A DNA stretch of 64,000 nucleotides from Felis catus (GCF_018350175.1 NC_058369.1:20028001-20092000); one strand, 5' to 3'. Positions 1-14,475 are shown, counted from the first letter of the stretch. Notes: generated from the sequence alone by a model not told the origin. Numbers and translations: made by a program.

Positions 1-2030
1 TTCATTTAAGATTGGGGAATAAGTGCCAATAAAAGAGAAGAAACAATTGAACATAGCTGGAAGCATTATACTACTTGATTTCAAAATATATTACAAAGCT
101 ACAGTAATCAAGACAGTATGATCCTGGCATAAAAACAGACATAATGACCAATGGAATAGCCAGAAATAAACTTACACATATATTATCAACTGATCTTTGT
201 AAGGGTACCAAGAATACACAATGGGGAAAAGGATAGTCTCTTCAATAAATGGTGTTAAGAAAAATGTATATTCACATGTGAAAGAATGAAATTTTTCATA
301 CCATTCATAAAAATTAACTCAAAATGGATTAAAGACTTAATACATAAAACATTAAATCTTAAAACTTATATAAGAAGAAGTTCTATAAGACAACAGAGAA
401 ATAGCTTATTGACATTAGCTATGGCAATGATATTTTGGATATGGCACCAAAAACATAAGCTTTGTTGCAAAAATAGACAAGTGGGATTTTATCAGACTAA
501 AAAATTTCATTCTGCACAGCAGAGGAAACAGACAACAAAATGGAAAAGCAACCTATGATATTGGAGAAAATATTTGCAAACCATATATATGATAAAGTGT
601 TAATAATCAAAATATATAAGGAATTCCTACCACTCAGTAGTGAAAAAAAACCCAGGTAACCCATCTAAAAAATAGGCAAAGGAACTGAATAGACATTTCT
701 CCAAAGGAGACAAATACATAGATAACAGATGTATGAAAAGATGTTCAACATGACTAATCATCAGGGAAATGTGAATCAAAATCACAATGAAATATCACCT
801 CACACGTATTAGAATACCTGTCATCAAAAAACAAAAGACAAAAGTGTTGGGAAGGATGTGGAGAAAAGGGAACCCTTGTACACACGTTAGTGACATAAAT
901 TGGTACAGCCAGTATGGAAAACAGTATGGAGGTTCCTCAAAAAATAGAAATTAGAGAAAGATAAGTATATGATTTCACTCATATGTGGAATTTAAGAAAC
1001 ACAACAGATGAACATAGGGGAAGGGAAGGAAAAATAAGACAAAAACAGAGAGGGAGGCCAACCATAAGAGACTCTTAATTACAGAGAACAGAGGGAAGGT
1101 GGGTGGGGGGATGGGCTAAATGGGTGATGGGTACTAAGGAGGGCAGTTGTTGGGATGAGCACTGGGTGTTCTATGTAAATGATAAATCACTGGGTTCTAC
1201 TCCTGAAACTAATACTACATTGTATGTTAACTAATTTGAATTTAAATAAATAAATTTAAAATAAAAATAAATAAAAATTTAAAAATAGAAAATAGAACTA
1301 CTCTATGATCCATCAATCCCACCTTTAGGTGTACATCCAAAGGAATTTAAATTAGGATCTCAAAGAGATAGCTACACTCCCATGTTCATTGCAACATTAT
1401 TTACTCTAGCAAAGACATTGAAATAACCTAAATGCTCATCAGTGGATGAATGGGTAAAGAAAATGTGGCATATACATGCAGTGAAATATTGTTCAACCTT
1501 AACAAAAGAGAGACACCCTCCCATTTGCAACAACATAGATAAACTTGGAAGACATTATATTTTGAAATAAGCCAGACATAGAAGGACAAATATTACATGA
1601 TACCACTTATATGAGGAATCTAAAATAGTCAAACTCATAGGATCAGGGAGTAAAATGATGGTTGTCAGAGCCTGGGGGGGGAGAGGAAAATGGGGAGGTA
1701 TTAGAGACAAAGTTCCAGTTACACAAGATAAGTAAGTCCTAGAGCTCTACTGCACAGCATAGTACTTATGGTTAACAATACTGTGTTGTATACTTTAAAA
1801 ATTTGCTCAAAGGGCAGAATGTTATATTCTTATCTCACACTATAAATAAATATTAATAATTAATAGAGTGGGAAGAAACTTCTGGAGGTGTTGGATATGT
1901 TTATAGCACAGATTGTGGTGATAGTTTCACAGGTATATACTTAACTACAAACTCATTCAGTTGTATACATTAAACATACACAGATTTTCATATGCCAATC
2001 ATACCTCAATAAAGTGATTAAAGAAAAAAG
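1..2030 (+). mobile_element. Older L1 3' portion (ORF2 end plus L1MA-like 3'UTR) with a nested younger L1 3' fragment at about 955-1280
   Basis: ORF2 C-terminal motifs. The nested insert is flanked by aaaatagaaa(t/a)taga, and the host resumes at about 1285. Confidence 0.85.
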
Positions 2031-2787
2031 AAATGTGGGGAGATGTGAATTTTCCTAGCAAGTATTGCACCTAATAAGAATTTAAGACTTCCTGAAGTGT
2101 ATATATAACACATAACTGGCATGACAGACATTATGCAGCTTTGTTTCACTTATGCTCTGAAACAGAAGTTTCTGACATAACCAATGATCTCATTACAGGA
2201 AAATAAAATTTTCTTCTGAAGGAAAAAAAACAGAGAAGGAATTACCTTACTCCCTTCTTTTTAAGATGGCATTTTCACTTCCTACATTCTGCATAGTTTA
2301 GCCATTTGTTATGTTCATCACTCACTGTCTGTTTCCCTATTTTGTCTTTTTAAATAAAAGCTCCTTCTGGGAAGGGATGTATTTATTTTGTTTACTGAGT
2401 TACCCAAGTGCCTGAAACAGTGCTTGCCACCTAATAAGTGTTCGGTAAATATTTGTGAATAAATGATTGTAACTATCCAGAATGTAGCAAAGAGATATAA
2501 GGTGATGAAAAATATGAAAGAAGTATGGGACATGGAGAACAGAATGAGAAAGAATAATAAACACCTAACTAGAATCACAGGAAAACAGAAAAGAGCAAAA
2601 GTTTTCATCATTGATGAAAACACAAAAGATTGCTTATTTGCTTTGCTCTCACAAGATTCTTCCTTGGGAGCAGGATGCTCTGACAGTTGTCAGAGGGTGG
2701 AGAATCCAAGATTGTTAAAAAGAGTTTGTCCTCTTCTACACCACCTCACTCTATAGTAAATGGTGAATAATAGAACATCCAAGTTGG

Positions 2788-3020
2788 TGAACAGATGAAC
2801 ATAAGGGAAGAGAAACAAAAATAATATAAAAACAGGGAGGGAGACAAAAGAGACTCATAAATGTGGAGAACAAACAGAGGGTTACTGTAGGGGGTGTGGG
2901 AGGGGGGATGGTCTAAACGGGTAAGGGGCACTAGGGAATCTACTCCTGAAATCATTGTTGCACTATATGCTAATTTGGTTGTAAATTAAAAAATAATAAA
3001 ATTAAATTAAAAAAAATAAA
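2788..3020 (+). mobile_element. 5'-truncated L1 (3'UTR only)
   Basis: TSD agaacatccaagttgg at 2772-2787 and 3021-3036; A-tail. Confidence 0.9.
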
Positions 3021-3169
3021 AGAACATCCAAGTTGGGCCAAAGTGGTTTGCTCTTAACAGATAAGTATAAATGGGGAAAAGACATGAAGCTCACTGATGA
3101 CTTATAGTGTCTTGATGGAAGGTTTCACCACCAAAGACTTTACTATTTGACTTTTAAAGCACTGTTGCA

Positions 3170-3355
3170 GGACACCTGGGTGGCTCAGTCAATTAAGTGT
3201 CCGACTCCTGATCTGGGCTCAGGTCATGATCTCACAGTTTGTGGGATCGAGACTCCCTCCATCGGGCTCTGTGCTGACACCACTGAGCCTGCTTGGGATT
3301 CTCTCTCTCTCTGTCCCTCCCACCCCTTCTCAAAACAAATAACTTAAAAAAAAAA
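3170..3355 (+). mobile_element. CanSINE (tRNA-derived)
   Basis: ggacacctgggtggctcag head, (CT)n, A-tail, TSD cactgttgca. Confidence 0.9.
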
Positions 3356-3449
3356 ACACTGTTGCACAGATAACAATTAAAATTTAAGAAAGTTGTTCAC
3401 AAAGAAACCCTTAGATTCCCTAATCCAATATAGATTCAGATGTGACTTT

Positions 3450-4180
3450 GTTTTGGAATATAGTTTATTGTCAAGCGAGCTAACATACAGTATATACAGT
3501 ATGCTCCTGGCTTCTGGAATAGATTCCCATGATTCACTTACATACAATACCCAGTGGTCATCCCAACAAGTGGCCTCCTCAATGCCCATCACCCATTTTC
3601 TCCTCCCTCTCCAACCCCCATCAGCCCTCAGTTTGTTCTCTGTATTTAAGAGTCTCTTATGGATTGCCTCCCTCTGTTTATAACTGTTTTTCCCCTTCCC
3701 TTCCCCCATGGTCTTCTGTTAAGTTTCTCAAATATCACATATGAGTGGAAACATATCTGTCTTTCTCTGACTGACTTATTTCACTTAGCATAATACCTCT
3801 AGTTCTATCCACATTGTTGCAAATGGCAAGATTTCATTTTTTTCATTGGCAAGTAGTATTCCATTGTATATATAAACCACATCTTCATTATCCATTCATC
3901 AGTTGATGGACAGTTGGGCTCTTTCCATAATTTGGCTATTGTTGATAGCACTGCTATAAACATTGGGGTACATGTGCCCCTATGAATCAGCACTCCTGTA
4001 TCCTTTGGATAAATTTCTAGTAGTGCTATTGCTGGGTCATAGGGTAATTCTATTTTTAATTTTTTGAGGAACCTCCACACTTTTTTCCAGAGTGGAAAAA
4101 AGTTTGCATTCCTACCAACAGTGCGAGAAGGTTCCCCTTTCTCCACATCCTCACCAACATCTGTTGTTTCCTGAGTTGTT
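3450..4180 (-). mobile_element. 5'-truncated L1
   Basis: ORF2 C-terminus ([12 protein letters not shown]…) plus 3'UTR on the minus strand. Confidence 0.9.
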
Positions 4181-4659
4181 AACTGCTTTAAATGAGGTCA
4201 AAGACTGCCATTTACAGAGCACATCAAATTACTCTTATGGAAGAGCCATGGTACAGCTGTTCCTTTGTCTGCTTCCACATACTGGACTTTGTGAATAGCT
4301 GCTCACAGACTGTAAGAGTGTTTGTCAGCAGGTGGATGCTTTCCTGTGCCCCTCAATTTTGCTGAGTACCTCCTCCGTGTTTACACACCAACTATTAACA
4401 AACCAGGTCATTGGAAAGTCCCCTCACCCCCAAAAAAGAAAAATAAATGAATTACATTTTAAGTTTAGGATGCTAGAAAAAGATAAAGTAAACAAAGCAG
4501 AGGAAGAAAATAAATGAATTACATTTTAAGTTTAGGATGCTAGAATAAGAAAAACAAAGTAAATTTAAAACATACAGAAGAAAATAACAGAACCTAAAGA
4601 AAGGGTCAATAAAATAAAAACTGATTATCTGAAAAAAGAAACTTAAAAAATAGACATAC

Positions 4660-7080
4660 CTGCTTTGCAAAAATGCCTGTTCGGGTCCTCTGCCCATTTT
4701 TAGATTGGATTACATTTTCTGGTGTTTATTTCTATTCTTTATATATTTTGGATACCAACCCCTTATCAGATATATCATTTGCAAATATCTTCTCCCATTC
4801 TGTAGGTTATCTTTTTGTTTTGTTGATGGTTTCCTTTGCTGTTCGAGAGCTGGTGTAGCCCCAGTAGTTTAGTTTGGTTTGGTTTCTCTTGCCTGAGGAG
4901 ACGGATCTAGAGAAAAATGTTTCTGTGGCTGATGTGAAAGCAAGTAATGCCTGTGTTTTCTTCTAAGAATTTTATGGTTTGTTGATATGGAACTCTTGGT
5001 GAAAATGCAAATTGATGCAGCCACTGTGGAAAACAGTATGGAAGTTCCTCAAAAAATTAAAAATACAATTATCAGGTAATTCTACTCCTGTATATTTACC
5101 CAAAGTAAATGAAAACACTAATTTGAAAAGATATATGCATCCCTATGTTTATTGTAGCATTTGCAATAGCCAAGATAGGGCAATAGCCCAAGTGTTCATC
5201 AGTAGATGAATGGATAAAGAAGATGTGCTATCAATGGAATATTACTCAGACATTAAAAAGAATTAAATCTTGCCATTTGCAATGACATGGGTGGACCTAG
5301 ATGGTATAATGCTAATTGAAAAAAGTCAAACAGAGAAAGACAAATATCACATAATTTCACTCATATGTGGAATTTAAGAAATAAAACAAAGAAAAAAAGA
5401 TAAAAAACCAGACTCTTTTTTTCCTTTCTCTTTATTTTTTTTTTAATTTACATCCAAGTTAGTATATAGTGCAACAATGATTTCAGGAGTAGATTCCTTA
5501 ATTCCCTTTACCCATTTAGCCCACCGCCTCTCCCACACACCCCCCAGTAACCCTCTGTTCTCCATATTTATGAGTCTCTTAGGTTTTGTCCCCCTCCGTG
5601 TTTTTATATTATTTTTGCTTCCCTTCCCTTATGTTCATATGTTTTGTATCTTAAGGTCCTCATCTGAGTGAAGTCATATGATATTTGTCTTTCTCTGACT
5701 AATTTCGCTTGGCATAATACCCTCTAGTTCCATCCACAGAGTTGCAAATGGCAAGATTTCATTCTTTTTGACTGCCGAGTAATACTCCATTGTATATACA
5801 TACCACATCTTCTTTATCCATTCATTCATCGATGGACATTTGGGCTCTTTCCATACTTTGGCTATTGTTGATAGTGCTGCTGTAAACATGGGGGTGCATG
5901 TGCCCCTTGAAACAGCATACCTGTATCCCTTGGGTAAATGCCTAGTAGTGCAATTGCTGGGTCGTAAGGTAGTTCTATTTTTAATTGTTTGAGGAACCTC
6001 CATACTCTTTTCCAGAGTGGCTGCACCAGTTTGCATTCCCACCAGCAGTGCCAAAGAGATCCTCTTTCTTCACATCCTCGCCAACATCTGTTGGTGCCTG
6101 AGTTGTTAATGTTAGCCATTCTGACAGGTGTGAGGTTGTATCTCATTGTGGTTTTCATTTGTATTTCCCTGATGATGAGGGATGTTGAGCATTTTTTCAT
6201 GTGTCAGTTGGCCATCTGGATGTCTTCTTTGGAGAAGTGTCTATTCATGTCTTTTGCCCATTTTTTCACTGGATTATTTGTTTTTTAGGTGTTGAGTTTG
6301 ATAAGTTCTTTATAGATTTTGGATCCTAACCTTTTATCTGATATTTTATTTGCAAATATCTTCTCCCATTCTGTCAGTTGCCTTTTAGTTTTGTTGATTG
6401 TTTCTTTTGCTGTGCAGAAGCTTTTTCTTTTGTTGAGGTCCCAGTAGTTCATTTTTGCCTTTGTTTCCCTTGCCTCCGGAGACGTGTTGAGTAAGAAATT
6501 GCTGCAGGCAAGATCAAAGAGGTTTTTGCCTGCTTTCTCCTCGAGGATTTTGATGGCTTCCTGTCTTACATTTAGGTCTTTCATCCATTTTGAGTTTATT
6601 TTTGTGTATGGTGTAAGAAAGTGGGCCACGTTCATTTTTCTGCATGTCACTGTCCAGTTTTCCCAGCACTGCTTACTGAAGAGTCTGTCTTTATTCCATT
6701 GGATATTCTTTCCTGCTTTGTCTAAGATTAGTTGGCCATACGTTTGTGGGTCCATTTCTGGGTTCTCTGTTCTGTTCCATTAATCTGAGTGTCTGTTCTT
6801 GTGCCAGTACCATACTATCTTGATGATTACAGCTTTGTAATACAGTTTGAAGTCTAGGATTGTGATGCCTCCAGCTTTGGAAAAAAACAGACTCTTAAAT
6901 ACAGAACAGACTGGTAGTTGCCAGAATGGAGGTGGGTGGAGGGATGGATGAAAGAGATAAAGGGTATGAAGAGTACCATTATCTTAATGAGTACTGAGAA
7001 ATGTATAGAATTGTTGAATCATCATTATATACCTGAAACTAGTATAACACTGTATATTAATTATCTTCAAGTAAAAAAAA
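4660..7080. mobile_element. L1 with an inverted 5' part (about 4660-4980, minus) and a sense 3' part (about 4990-5417 and 6881-7080), split by a younger L1
   Basis: Orientation switches near 4985. The 3'UTR resumes after the nested element. Confidence 0.7.
5418..6880 (-). mobile_element. 5'-truncated young L1 nested in another L1's 3'UTR
   Basis: TSD aaaaaa(c/a)cagactctt at about 5402-5417 and about 6881-6896; ORF2 fragments in the ORF track. Confidence 0.92.
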
Positions 7081-7194
7081 TTTAGATGCAAAAGGTCAGT
7101 AGCAAGAATAATCAAGAAAAAAGACACAGATAAACCACACATATTAAAAAATTATATAGAACATATTTTTAAATTAATAACATAAAATTAACTT

Positions 7195-7400
7195 AAAAAC
7201 ATTTTTTAATGTTTATTTATTTTTGAGAGAGAGAATACAAGCAGGGGAAGGGCAAAGAGAGAGGAAGACACAGATTCCGAAGCAGGCTCCAGGCTCTGAG
7301 CTGTCAGCACAGAGCCCCAACACGTGGCTCAAACCCACGAACCATGAGATCATGACCTGAGCTGAAGTCAGATGCTTAACTAACTGAGCCCAGGCACCCC
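7195..7400 (-). mobile_element. CanSINE
   Basis: Reverse-complement SINE ending caggcacccc; TSD aaaattaact. Confidence 0.9.
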
Positions 7401-7409
7401 AAAATTAAC

Positions 7410-8932
7410 TGTTTTAAAGTGAACAGTTGAGTGGCATTTACTGCATTTGCAGTGTTGTGCAAACCATCACTTCTGTCTAGTTCCAAAACAGTTTCATACC
7501 CCAAAAGGAAGCCCTGAATCTAATAAACAGTTGTTCTTTATTTCCCTCCTCAGCCCACTCCTGCTTACAGCCTCCAGTCTGCATTCTAGATTTATGTAGA
7601 TTTATGTATTCTAAATATTTCACGTAAATGGAATTGTATGTGACCTTTTGCATCTGATTTATTTTAGTTATAATGTATTTAAGGTTCATTCATGTTGTAG
7701 CACACATCAGTACTTCATTTCTTTATATGTCTCATTAATATTCCATTGTATGGACTATGCCACAAATTGTTTATGTGTTCATTTGTTTTTGGATAGTTGC
7801 AGTGTCTCTACCTTTTGGCTGTAGTGAATAGTACTGCTGAGAACACATATGCATATGTATTTGTTTGATTGCCTGCCTTCTATTCTTTTAGGTATTTATC
7901 TAGAAATGGAACTGCTGGGTCTTCTGGGTCATATAGTAATTTTGTGTTTTACATTTGAAGAACTGCCAAATTGTTTTTCACAGAAACCTAACCATTTTAC
8001 ATTCCCACCAGCAATGTGTGAGGGTTCCAATTTCAGCACATCCATGTCAACACTTGTAATTTTCTTTTTTTCTTCTAGCTATCCTACAGGGTGTGAATGT
8101 GAATTAACACCTCATTTTGGTTTGATTTGCATTTTAGTGGTGACTAATGATGTGAGCATTTTTCATGTGTTTGTTCACCATTTGTATATCTTCTTGGAGA
8201 AATATGTATTCAAGTCCTTTGCCTATTTTTAATTGGATTATGTGTTCTTTTTTGGAAATTTAAAAAATATATATTTTAACTGAATATTTTGTTTTGTTCC
8301 AGATTTTCATTTAAATTCCGTTTAGTGGGGTACCTGGGTGGTTCAGTCAGTTAAGTGTCCAACTCTTGATTTTGCCTCGGGTCATCATCTCACAGTTGTG
8401 AGATCAAGCCCCATGTCAGGCTCCATGCTGAGTGTGGGGCCTGCTTGGAATTCCCTCTCTCCCTCTCTCTCTCTCTCTCTGTCCCTCCCCTACTCATGCT
8501 CTTGCTCTCTCTAAAAATAAATAAACATTTAAAAAATAAATAAATTCAAGTTAGTTAACATATATAATATTAGTTTCAGGAGTGAGTAGAATTTCATGAT
8601 TCATCACTTACATATAACACCCATTGCTCATCCCAACAAGTGCCCTCCTTAATGCCCATCACCCATTTAGCTCATTCCCTACCTACTTCCCCTTCAGCAA
8701 CCCTCAGTTTGTTCTCTTTGGTTAAGAGTCTGTTTTATGGTTTGCTTCTCTCTTTTTCCCCCTATGTTCATCTGTTTTGTTTCTTAAATTCCACATGTGA
8801 ATGAAATCATATAGTATTTATCTTTCTCTGACTGACTTATTTTAATTAGCATAATACACTGGCTCCATCCATATTGTTGCAAATGGCAATATTTCATTCT
8901 TTATTATGGCTAATATTCCACTGTGGGTGTGT

Positions 8933-8981
<49 letters not shown>

Positions 8982-10815
8982 TACCACATCTTCTTTGCCC
9001 ACTCATCAGCCAGTGGACATTTGGGCTCTTCCCATAATTTGGGTATTGTTAATACTGCTATAAACAATGGAATATTTAAAAAAAATTTTCATTCCAGTGT
9101 AGTTAATATACAGTGTTATATTAGTTTCATGTGTACAATATAGTGATTCAACAATTCCATGTATCACCTGGTGCTCATTATGACAAGTATATTCCTTAAT
9201 CTCCATCACCTGTTTCACCCATACCCCCACCCACCTCCCCTCTGGTAACCATCAGTTTGTTCTCTATAGTTAAGAGTCTACCTCTTGGTTTGTCTGTCTG
9301 TCTGTCTGTCTCTCTCTCTCCCTTTGCTCATTGGTTTTGTTTCTTAAATATGAGTGAAATCATATGGTATTTGTCTTTCCTTGACCGACTTACTTCACTT
9401 AGCATTATACTGTCTAGTTCCATCCATATTATTGCAGATGGCAAGATTTCATTCTTTTTTATGACTAAATAATATTCGTGTGTGTGTGTGTGTGTGTGTT
9501 ATAGATATCTCACATCTTCTTTATTCATTCGTCCATTGATGGACACTTGGGCTGCTTCCATAAATTACTATTATAAATAATGCTGCAATAAGCATAGGGG
9601 TGCATGTATCTCTTCAAATTATTGGTTTCTTATTCTCAGGGTAAATACTCAGCAATGCAATTACTGGATTATGGAGTAGTTCTATTTTTAATTTTTTTGA
9701 GGAACCTCCATACTGGCTTCCACAGTGGCTATACCAGTTTGCATTCCCACCAACAGTGCATGAGGGTTCCTTTTTTTCCACATCCTTACCAACACTTGTC
9801 ATTTCTTGAGTTTTTAGTTTGGCCATTCTGACAGGTTTGAGGTGATATCTCATTGTATGTTTGATTTGCATTTCCTTGATGATAAGTGATGTTGAGCATC
9901 TTTTCATGTGTCTGTTAGTCAGCTCTGTGTCTTCTTCAGAGAGGTGTCTGTTCATGTTTTCTGCCCATTTTTTAATTGGATTCTTTGTTCTTTGGGTGTT
10001 GGACTGTATAAGTTCTTTATATATTTTGAATACTAACCCTTTGTCAGATATGTAATTTGCAAATATCTTCTTCCATTCAATACATTGCCTTTTAGTTTTG
10101 TTGGTCATTTCCTTTGCTTTGTAGAACCTTTTTATTTTGATGAAGTCCCAATAGTTTATTTTTGCTTTTGTTTTCCTTGACTTAAGAGACATATCTAGAA
10201 AGATGTTGTTATGGCTAATGTCAGAGAAATCACTGGCTGGGCTCTTTTGTAGGATTTTTATGGTTTCAGGTATCACATTTAGGCCCTTAATCAATTTAGG
10301 GTTTATTTTTGTGTATGGTGTAAGAAAGTGCTCCAATTTCATTCTTTTGCATGTGTCCAGCTTTCCTAACACCTTTTGTTGAAGAAACTGTCTTTTTCCC
10401 ATTGCACATTCTTGCCTTCTTTGTCACAGATTAATTGACCATATAAGTGTAAATTTATTTCTGGTCTCTGTATTCTAGTCCATTGATCCATGTGTCTGTT
10501 TATGTACCAATACCATACTGTTGTGGTTACTACAGCTTTGTAATATAACTTGAAGTCTAGAATTGTGATACCTCCAATCCTGTTTTTCTTTTTCAAGATT
10601 GCTGTTTGTCTTTTTGTTAAGTTATGAGTTCTTTATAAATTTCCTGGATATTAGACCTTCATCAGATATATGATTTGCAAATTTTTTCTCCCATTCTGTA
10701 GGTTGTCTTTTCACTTCCTTGATAATGTCCTTTGATGCACAGCAGCTTTTGGTTTGATGAGGTCCACTTCATCAATTTTTTTCTTTTGTTGCTTGTGCTT
10801 TTGGAGTCATAGGAC
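7410..10815 (-). mobile_element. Nested stack of antisense L1 fragments: an old L1M host with younger carnivore L1s at about 8280-9070 and 9075-10600, and a + strand CanSINE at 8327-8540
   Basis: Three distinct L1 3'UTRs; ORF2 fragment 9614..10402. Confidence 0.85.
8938..8976. repeat. (CA)n microsatellite inside an L1
   Basis: Perfect CA run. Confidence 0.95.
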
Positions 10816-11009
10816 ACATTTTTAAAATTACATAGATATACTGTGAACAACTTGATACCAATAAACTTGTGTTCATATGTGTAAGAATGTTATCTTTATA
10901 GTAGCAAATATCTTAAAGCAGTCTAAATGTCCATAAGTCAAAAGATAACTAAGTATATAATAGTATAACCTTTGAAAAGACAGAAGTGAAAAGAAGTGAG
11001 AGGGAAACT

Positions 11010-12165
11010 GAATTAGGTTTCAATTGTTGCATAACAAATTTCAACAAATTATAAATTCAAAAAGACCCATTTTTTAGTTTACAATGATGTAGGTTAGAAG
11101 TCTGCCATAACATGGCTGGGTTCCCTGCTCAGGGTATCACAAAGCTAAAGTCAAAGTGTCAACTGGGCTATGATCTAGTCTGAAATCTCTAGGGGAAATA
11201 TGCTTCCAAGGTCATTGGTTGTTGGCAGGATTTACTTCCTTAAAGTTGTAGGATTGAGGTTCCCATTTCCTTGCTGGCTTTCATCTGGGAGCTGCTCTTA
11301 GCAGCAAAAGATCACCTGCTTTCCTTGCTATGTAGCCTCCTTCATCTTTAGGTTAGCAACAATGCAGTGAATCCTTCCCATGCTTTGAACCTCCGACTTC
11401 CTTTTCTGCAACTATTTGGAGAATTCTGTACTTTTAAAAGATTCATGGTCAGAGAAATGGGAACCCTCTTGCACTGTTGGCGGGAATGCAAACTGGTGCA
11501 GCCACTCTGGAAAACAGTGCGGAGGTTCCTCAAAAAATTAAAAATAGAACTACCCTATAACCCAGCAATAGCACTGCTAGGAATTTACCCAAAGGATACA
11601 GGAGTGCTGATGCATAGGGGCACTTGGACCCCAATGTTTATAGCAGCACTTTGAACAATAGCCAAATTATGGAAAGAGCCTAAATGTCCATCAACTGACG
11701 AATGGATAAAGAAGATGTAGTTTATATATACAATGGAATACTATTTGGCAATGAGAAAGAATGAAATCTGGCCATTTGTAGCAATGTGGATGGAACTGGA
11801 GAGTATTATGCTAAGTGAAATAAGTCAGGCAGAGAAAGACAGGTACCATATGTTTTCACTCATATGTGGATCCCGAGAAACTTAACAGAAGACCAGGGGG
11901 GAGGGGAAGAGGGGAAAAGAAAGTTACAGAGAGGGAAGGAGGCAAACCATAAGAGACTCCTAAATACTGAGAACAAACTGAGGGTTGATGGGGGATGGGA
12001 GGGAGGGGAAAAGTGGGTGATGGGCACTAAGGAGGGCACCTGTTGGGATGAGCACTGGGTGTTGTATGGAAACCAATTTGACAATAAATTTTGTATATAT
12101 ATAAGTATGTATATATGTGTGTGTACATATATATACATGTGTGTATACATACGCATACATATATG

Positions 12166-12219
<54 letters not shown>

Positions 12220-12455
12220 TACATATATATACAAAACAATTATTTTTATAGAAGACACACACACAAAAAAAAATAAATAAAAGATTCATGGTACTGGGTC
12301 ATACCCAGATAATCTCCCTATCTTACGTTCAATTGTATCATATAATATAACCTAATCATGGGAGTAAAAGCCACTATATTTACAGTCACAGGGATTTGCA
12401 ACCCCAGGATTGAGGGAGAAATTTGGAGGACCATCTTAGAATCAATCTACCTACA
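11010..12455. mobile_element. MaLR (MLT1-type) LTR split by an L1 insertion
   Basis: MLT1-like motifs (aaagtgtcaactgggct…, cccagataatctccc, ttggaggaccatcttagaat…ctacctaca) on both sides of the L1. Confidence 0.75.
11450..12278 (+). mobile_element. 5'-truncated L1 whose tail is a (TA)n/(CA)n microsatellite
   Basis: TSD aaaagattcatggt at 11436-11449 and 12279-12292. Confidence 0.92.
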
Positions 12456-13017
12456 GCAGGGATTGCTTCTACATAAACGCATTCTATATATTAAAAAAAC
12501 ACACACACAAATATTGTCCAGTGAAAACAGCAAGTTTACAATTGTAGGTATAGTATGACCTGTATTTGTGGGGAAAAACTATATATGCTATATGCATATA
12601 ATGCATATTACAATCTTCAGTAATTTTTTAAAAGACTAAAATTTCTAAGAATTCTTGAACTGACTGATATTTAAAGTTTTGGTAGTGATACTTTCTTAAA
12701 GTAGCTGGCAATAGTCTTATAGCAAACTATAACAAATATTGGCTTTTCTGGATGAGTAGATAAATAGACCAGAATGTTTCATTTATACTTCTTCCCTTCA
12801 AGTAGCCAGCTTCTGATGTCAATGTGGAACAAACATCTACTTTGCTTTGGAGTCATAATGAGGTAATAGAAGAACAAAGCCTATAAACAGCCAGAATTTA
12901 AAGTGTCCTTTGTATTTTTTCCTTAATATCATAGATTTCCCCTTGTATAGCGAATGCATTACCTTTGTTAAAAAATTATTTTTTCTGTATACACATCTAC
13001 TAAGATTGTTAACCATT

Positions 13018-13224
13018 GGGGTGCCTAGGTGGCTCAGTCGGTTAAACATCTGACTCTTGATTTTGGCTCAGGTCATGATCTTAAGGTTTGTGAGATTGAG
13101 CCCTGCATCAGACTCTGAGATAGTGAGGAGTCTGCTTGGGATTCTCACTATCTCCCTTTGCCCCCTTCCCTGCGCATGCATGCTTTCTCTCTCTCTCTCT
13201 TAAAATAAGTAAATAAACTTAAAG
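13018..13224 (+). mobile_element. CanSINE
   Basis: TSD aagattgttaaccatt at 13002-13017 and 13225-13240. Confidence 0.92.
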
Positions 13225-13708
13225 AAGATTGTTAACCATTATATTAATCTATTTAATAATTACCACATAATTACTTCCTCAAAATAGTACAAATAATTTT
13301 CTTTTAGAATAGAATTTGTGTTATAATTTGTATTTGTTCTGTGTGGATTCACTTGTTCTTTCTATTATGTGAATTTTCATATTCATACAAAAAGTATTGT
13401 GTAACCAACTTATTTTCTGTGTACCTCTGGTGTGTCTGTTAATATGCCTAGTTCTCTTGCTGACTCTTTACCAATTTAGCAAAGTGCTCTGAAGTATCAG
13501 GGTACAAATGATTGATTTCATCACTCAACTGGCTTTCTCTGAGGAGCCTTCTCTTTGCCAGGTTTTTCTGCGAGGCCTTGAGAACACAAAGTTGCCCTCA
13601 AAAACTTAATCTTTCTTGATTATCACATGAAAACACTTATGTTAGCTATCTTTTCATGGCTGCTGTGCAGAGTAAGCTAAAATACTTCATTTCTTATTCT
13701 TCTGGAGT

Positions 13709-13921
13709 TTATTGAGCATTCAAAATACCCTTGCGTAGAATTAACTTCTTGAAAATCAGCTGTTTCTGTAGTTGAAGTACAGAACTCTCCTTGAGAGTCC
13801 AGCATTCTACCCAAATGAGATAATTTGCCTCTGTGAAAATCTCAGGTGTCCTTGAAAGGAATTTTCCTTTAAAATGATATGTGAGAATTTTGTTTATTAA
13901 ATCAAACAGTTTTGCTTCCCC
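13709..13921 (-). pseudogene. Putative terminal exon of the fossil antisense gene: GEAKLFDLINKILTYHFKGKFLSRTPEIFTEANYLIWVECWTLKESS...NAQ*
   Basis: ttttttgcag acceptor followed by 70 open codons to TAA (ORF-track 13709..13927). Unique sequence. Confidence 0.45.
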
Positions 13922-14143
13922 CTGCAAAAAAGTTCATGTCTTACAATGCAACTGGAGCATATTGGCAGGAGCTTAGGCAGCCGATGAGGGGCCTGCAGTT
14001 CAGTCTTGATCCTTCCACTCAGGGCCCCATGGTATGGTCTAGCCTGCCTTAACTTGCTCTAGAATATAGCCTCCAGCTCACTACCCAACACTGCCCCCAA
14101 GGATTTCCTGTGAGTTCCCATAGGAATAAAAGGAACTACCACC

Positions 14144-14239
14144 CTGGCTCAAGTGACTGTCAGCATCGCCTTCCTTTTCTACTCTCCTCTCTAGTCTGTC
14201 ATTGTCAATATGCATATCTTCCTTGGAAATTACAGAGGT
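14144..14239 (-). pseudogene. Fossil antisense gene exon (96 bp, open): TSVISKEDMHIDNDRLERRVEKEGDADSHLSQ
   Basis: tttttaatttctctag acceptor in phase 0. KEDMHIDNDRL resembles the GT61 C-terminal QD/N-V-x-L/V-D-x-x-R motif (inference). The donor is imperfect (cag g gtggt). Confidence 0.55.
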
Positions 14240-14475
14240 CTAGAGAAATTAAAAATTAGCTCAGTCTCTGTCTGTGATCATCCAGGGATCTATGATCTAT
14301 GGATGGAGAAACCAACACACAGATACTTAAGTGAAACTTCTTATAATCCTATTGTCTTATAAGCTTTTTCATTAATATATTCTTATATAATGTAAAACTG
14401 AAAATATAGAATGAATGCAAATATAGTTTAAACCTAAATATACTTCATTCCAGTGGCCAAGCCAATCCAACATAC

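Noticed and set aside
11860..12289. Several overlapping ORFs with YIYIYI/HTHT runs
   Set aside because: Artefacts of stop-free (TA)n/(CA)n microsatellites in an L1 tail.
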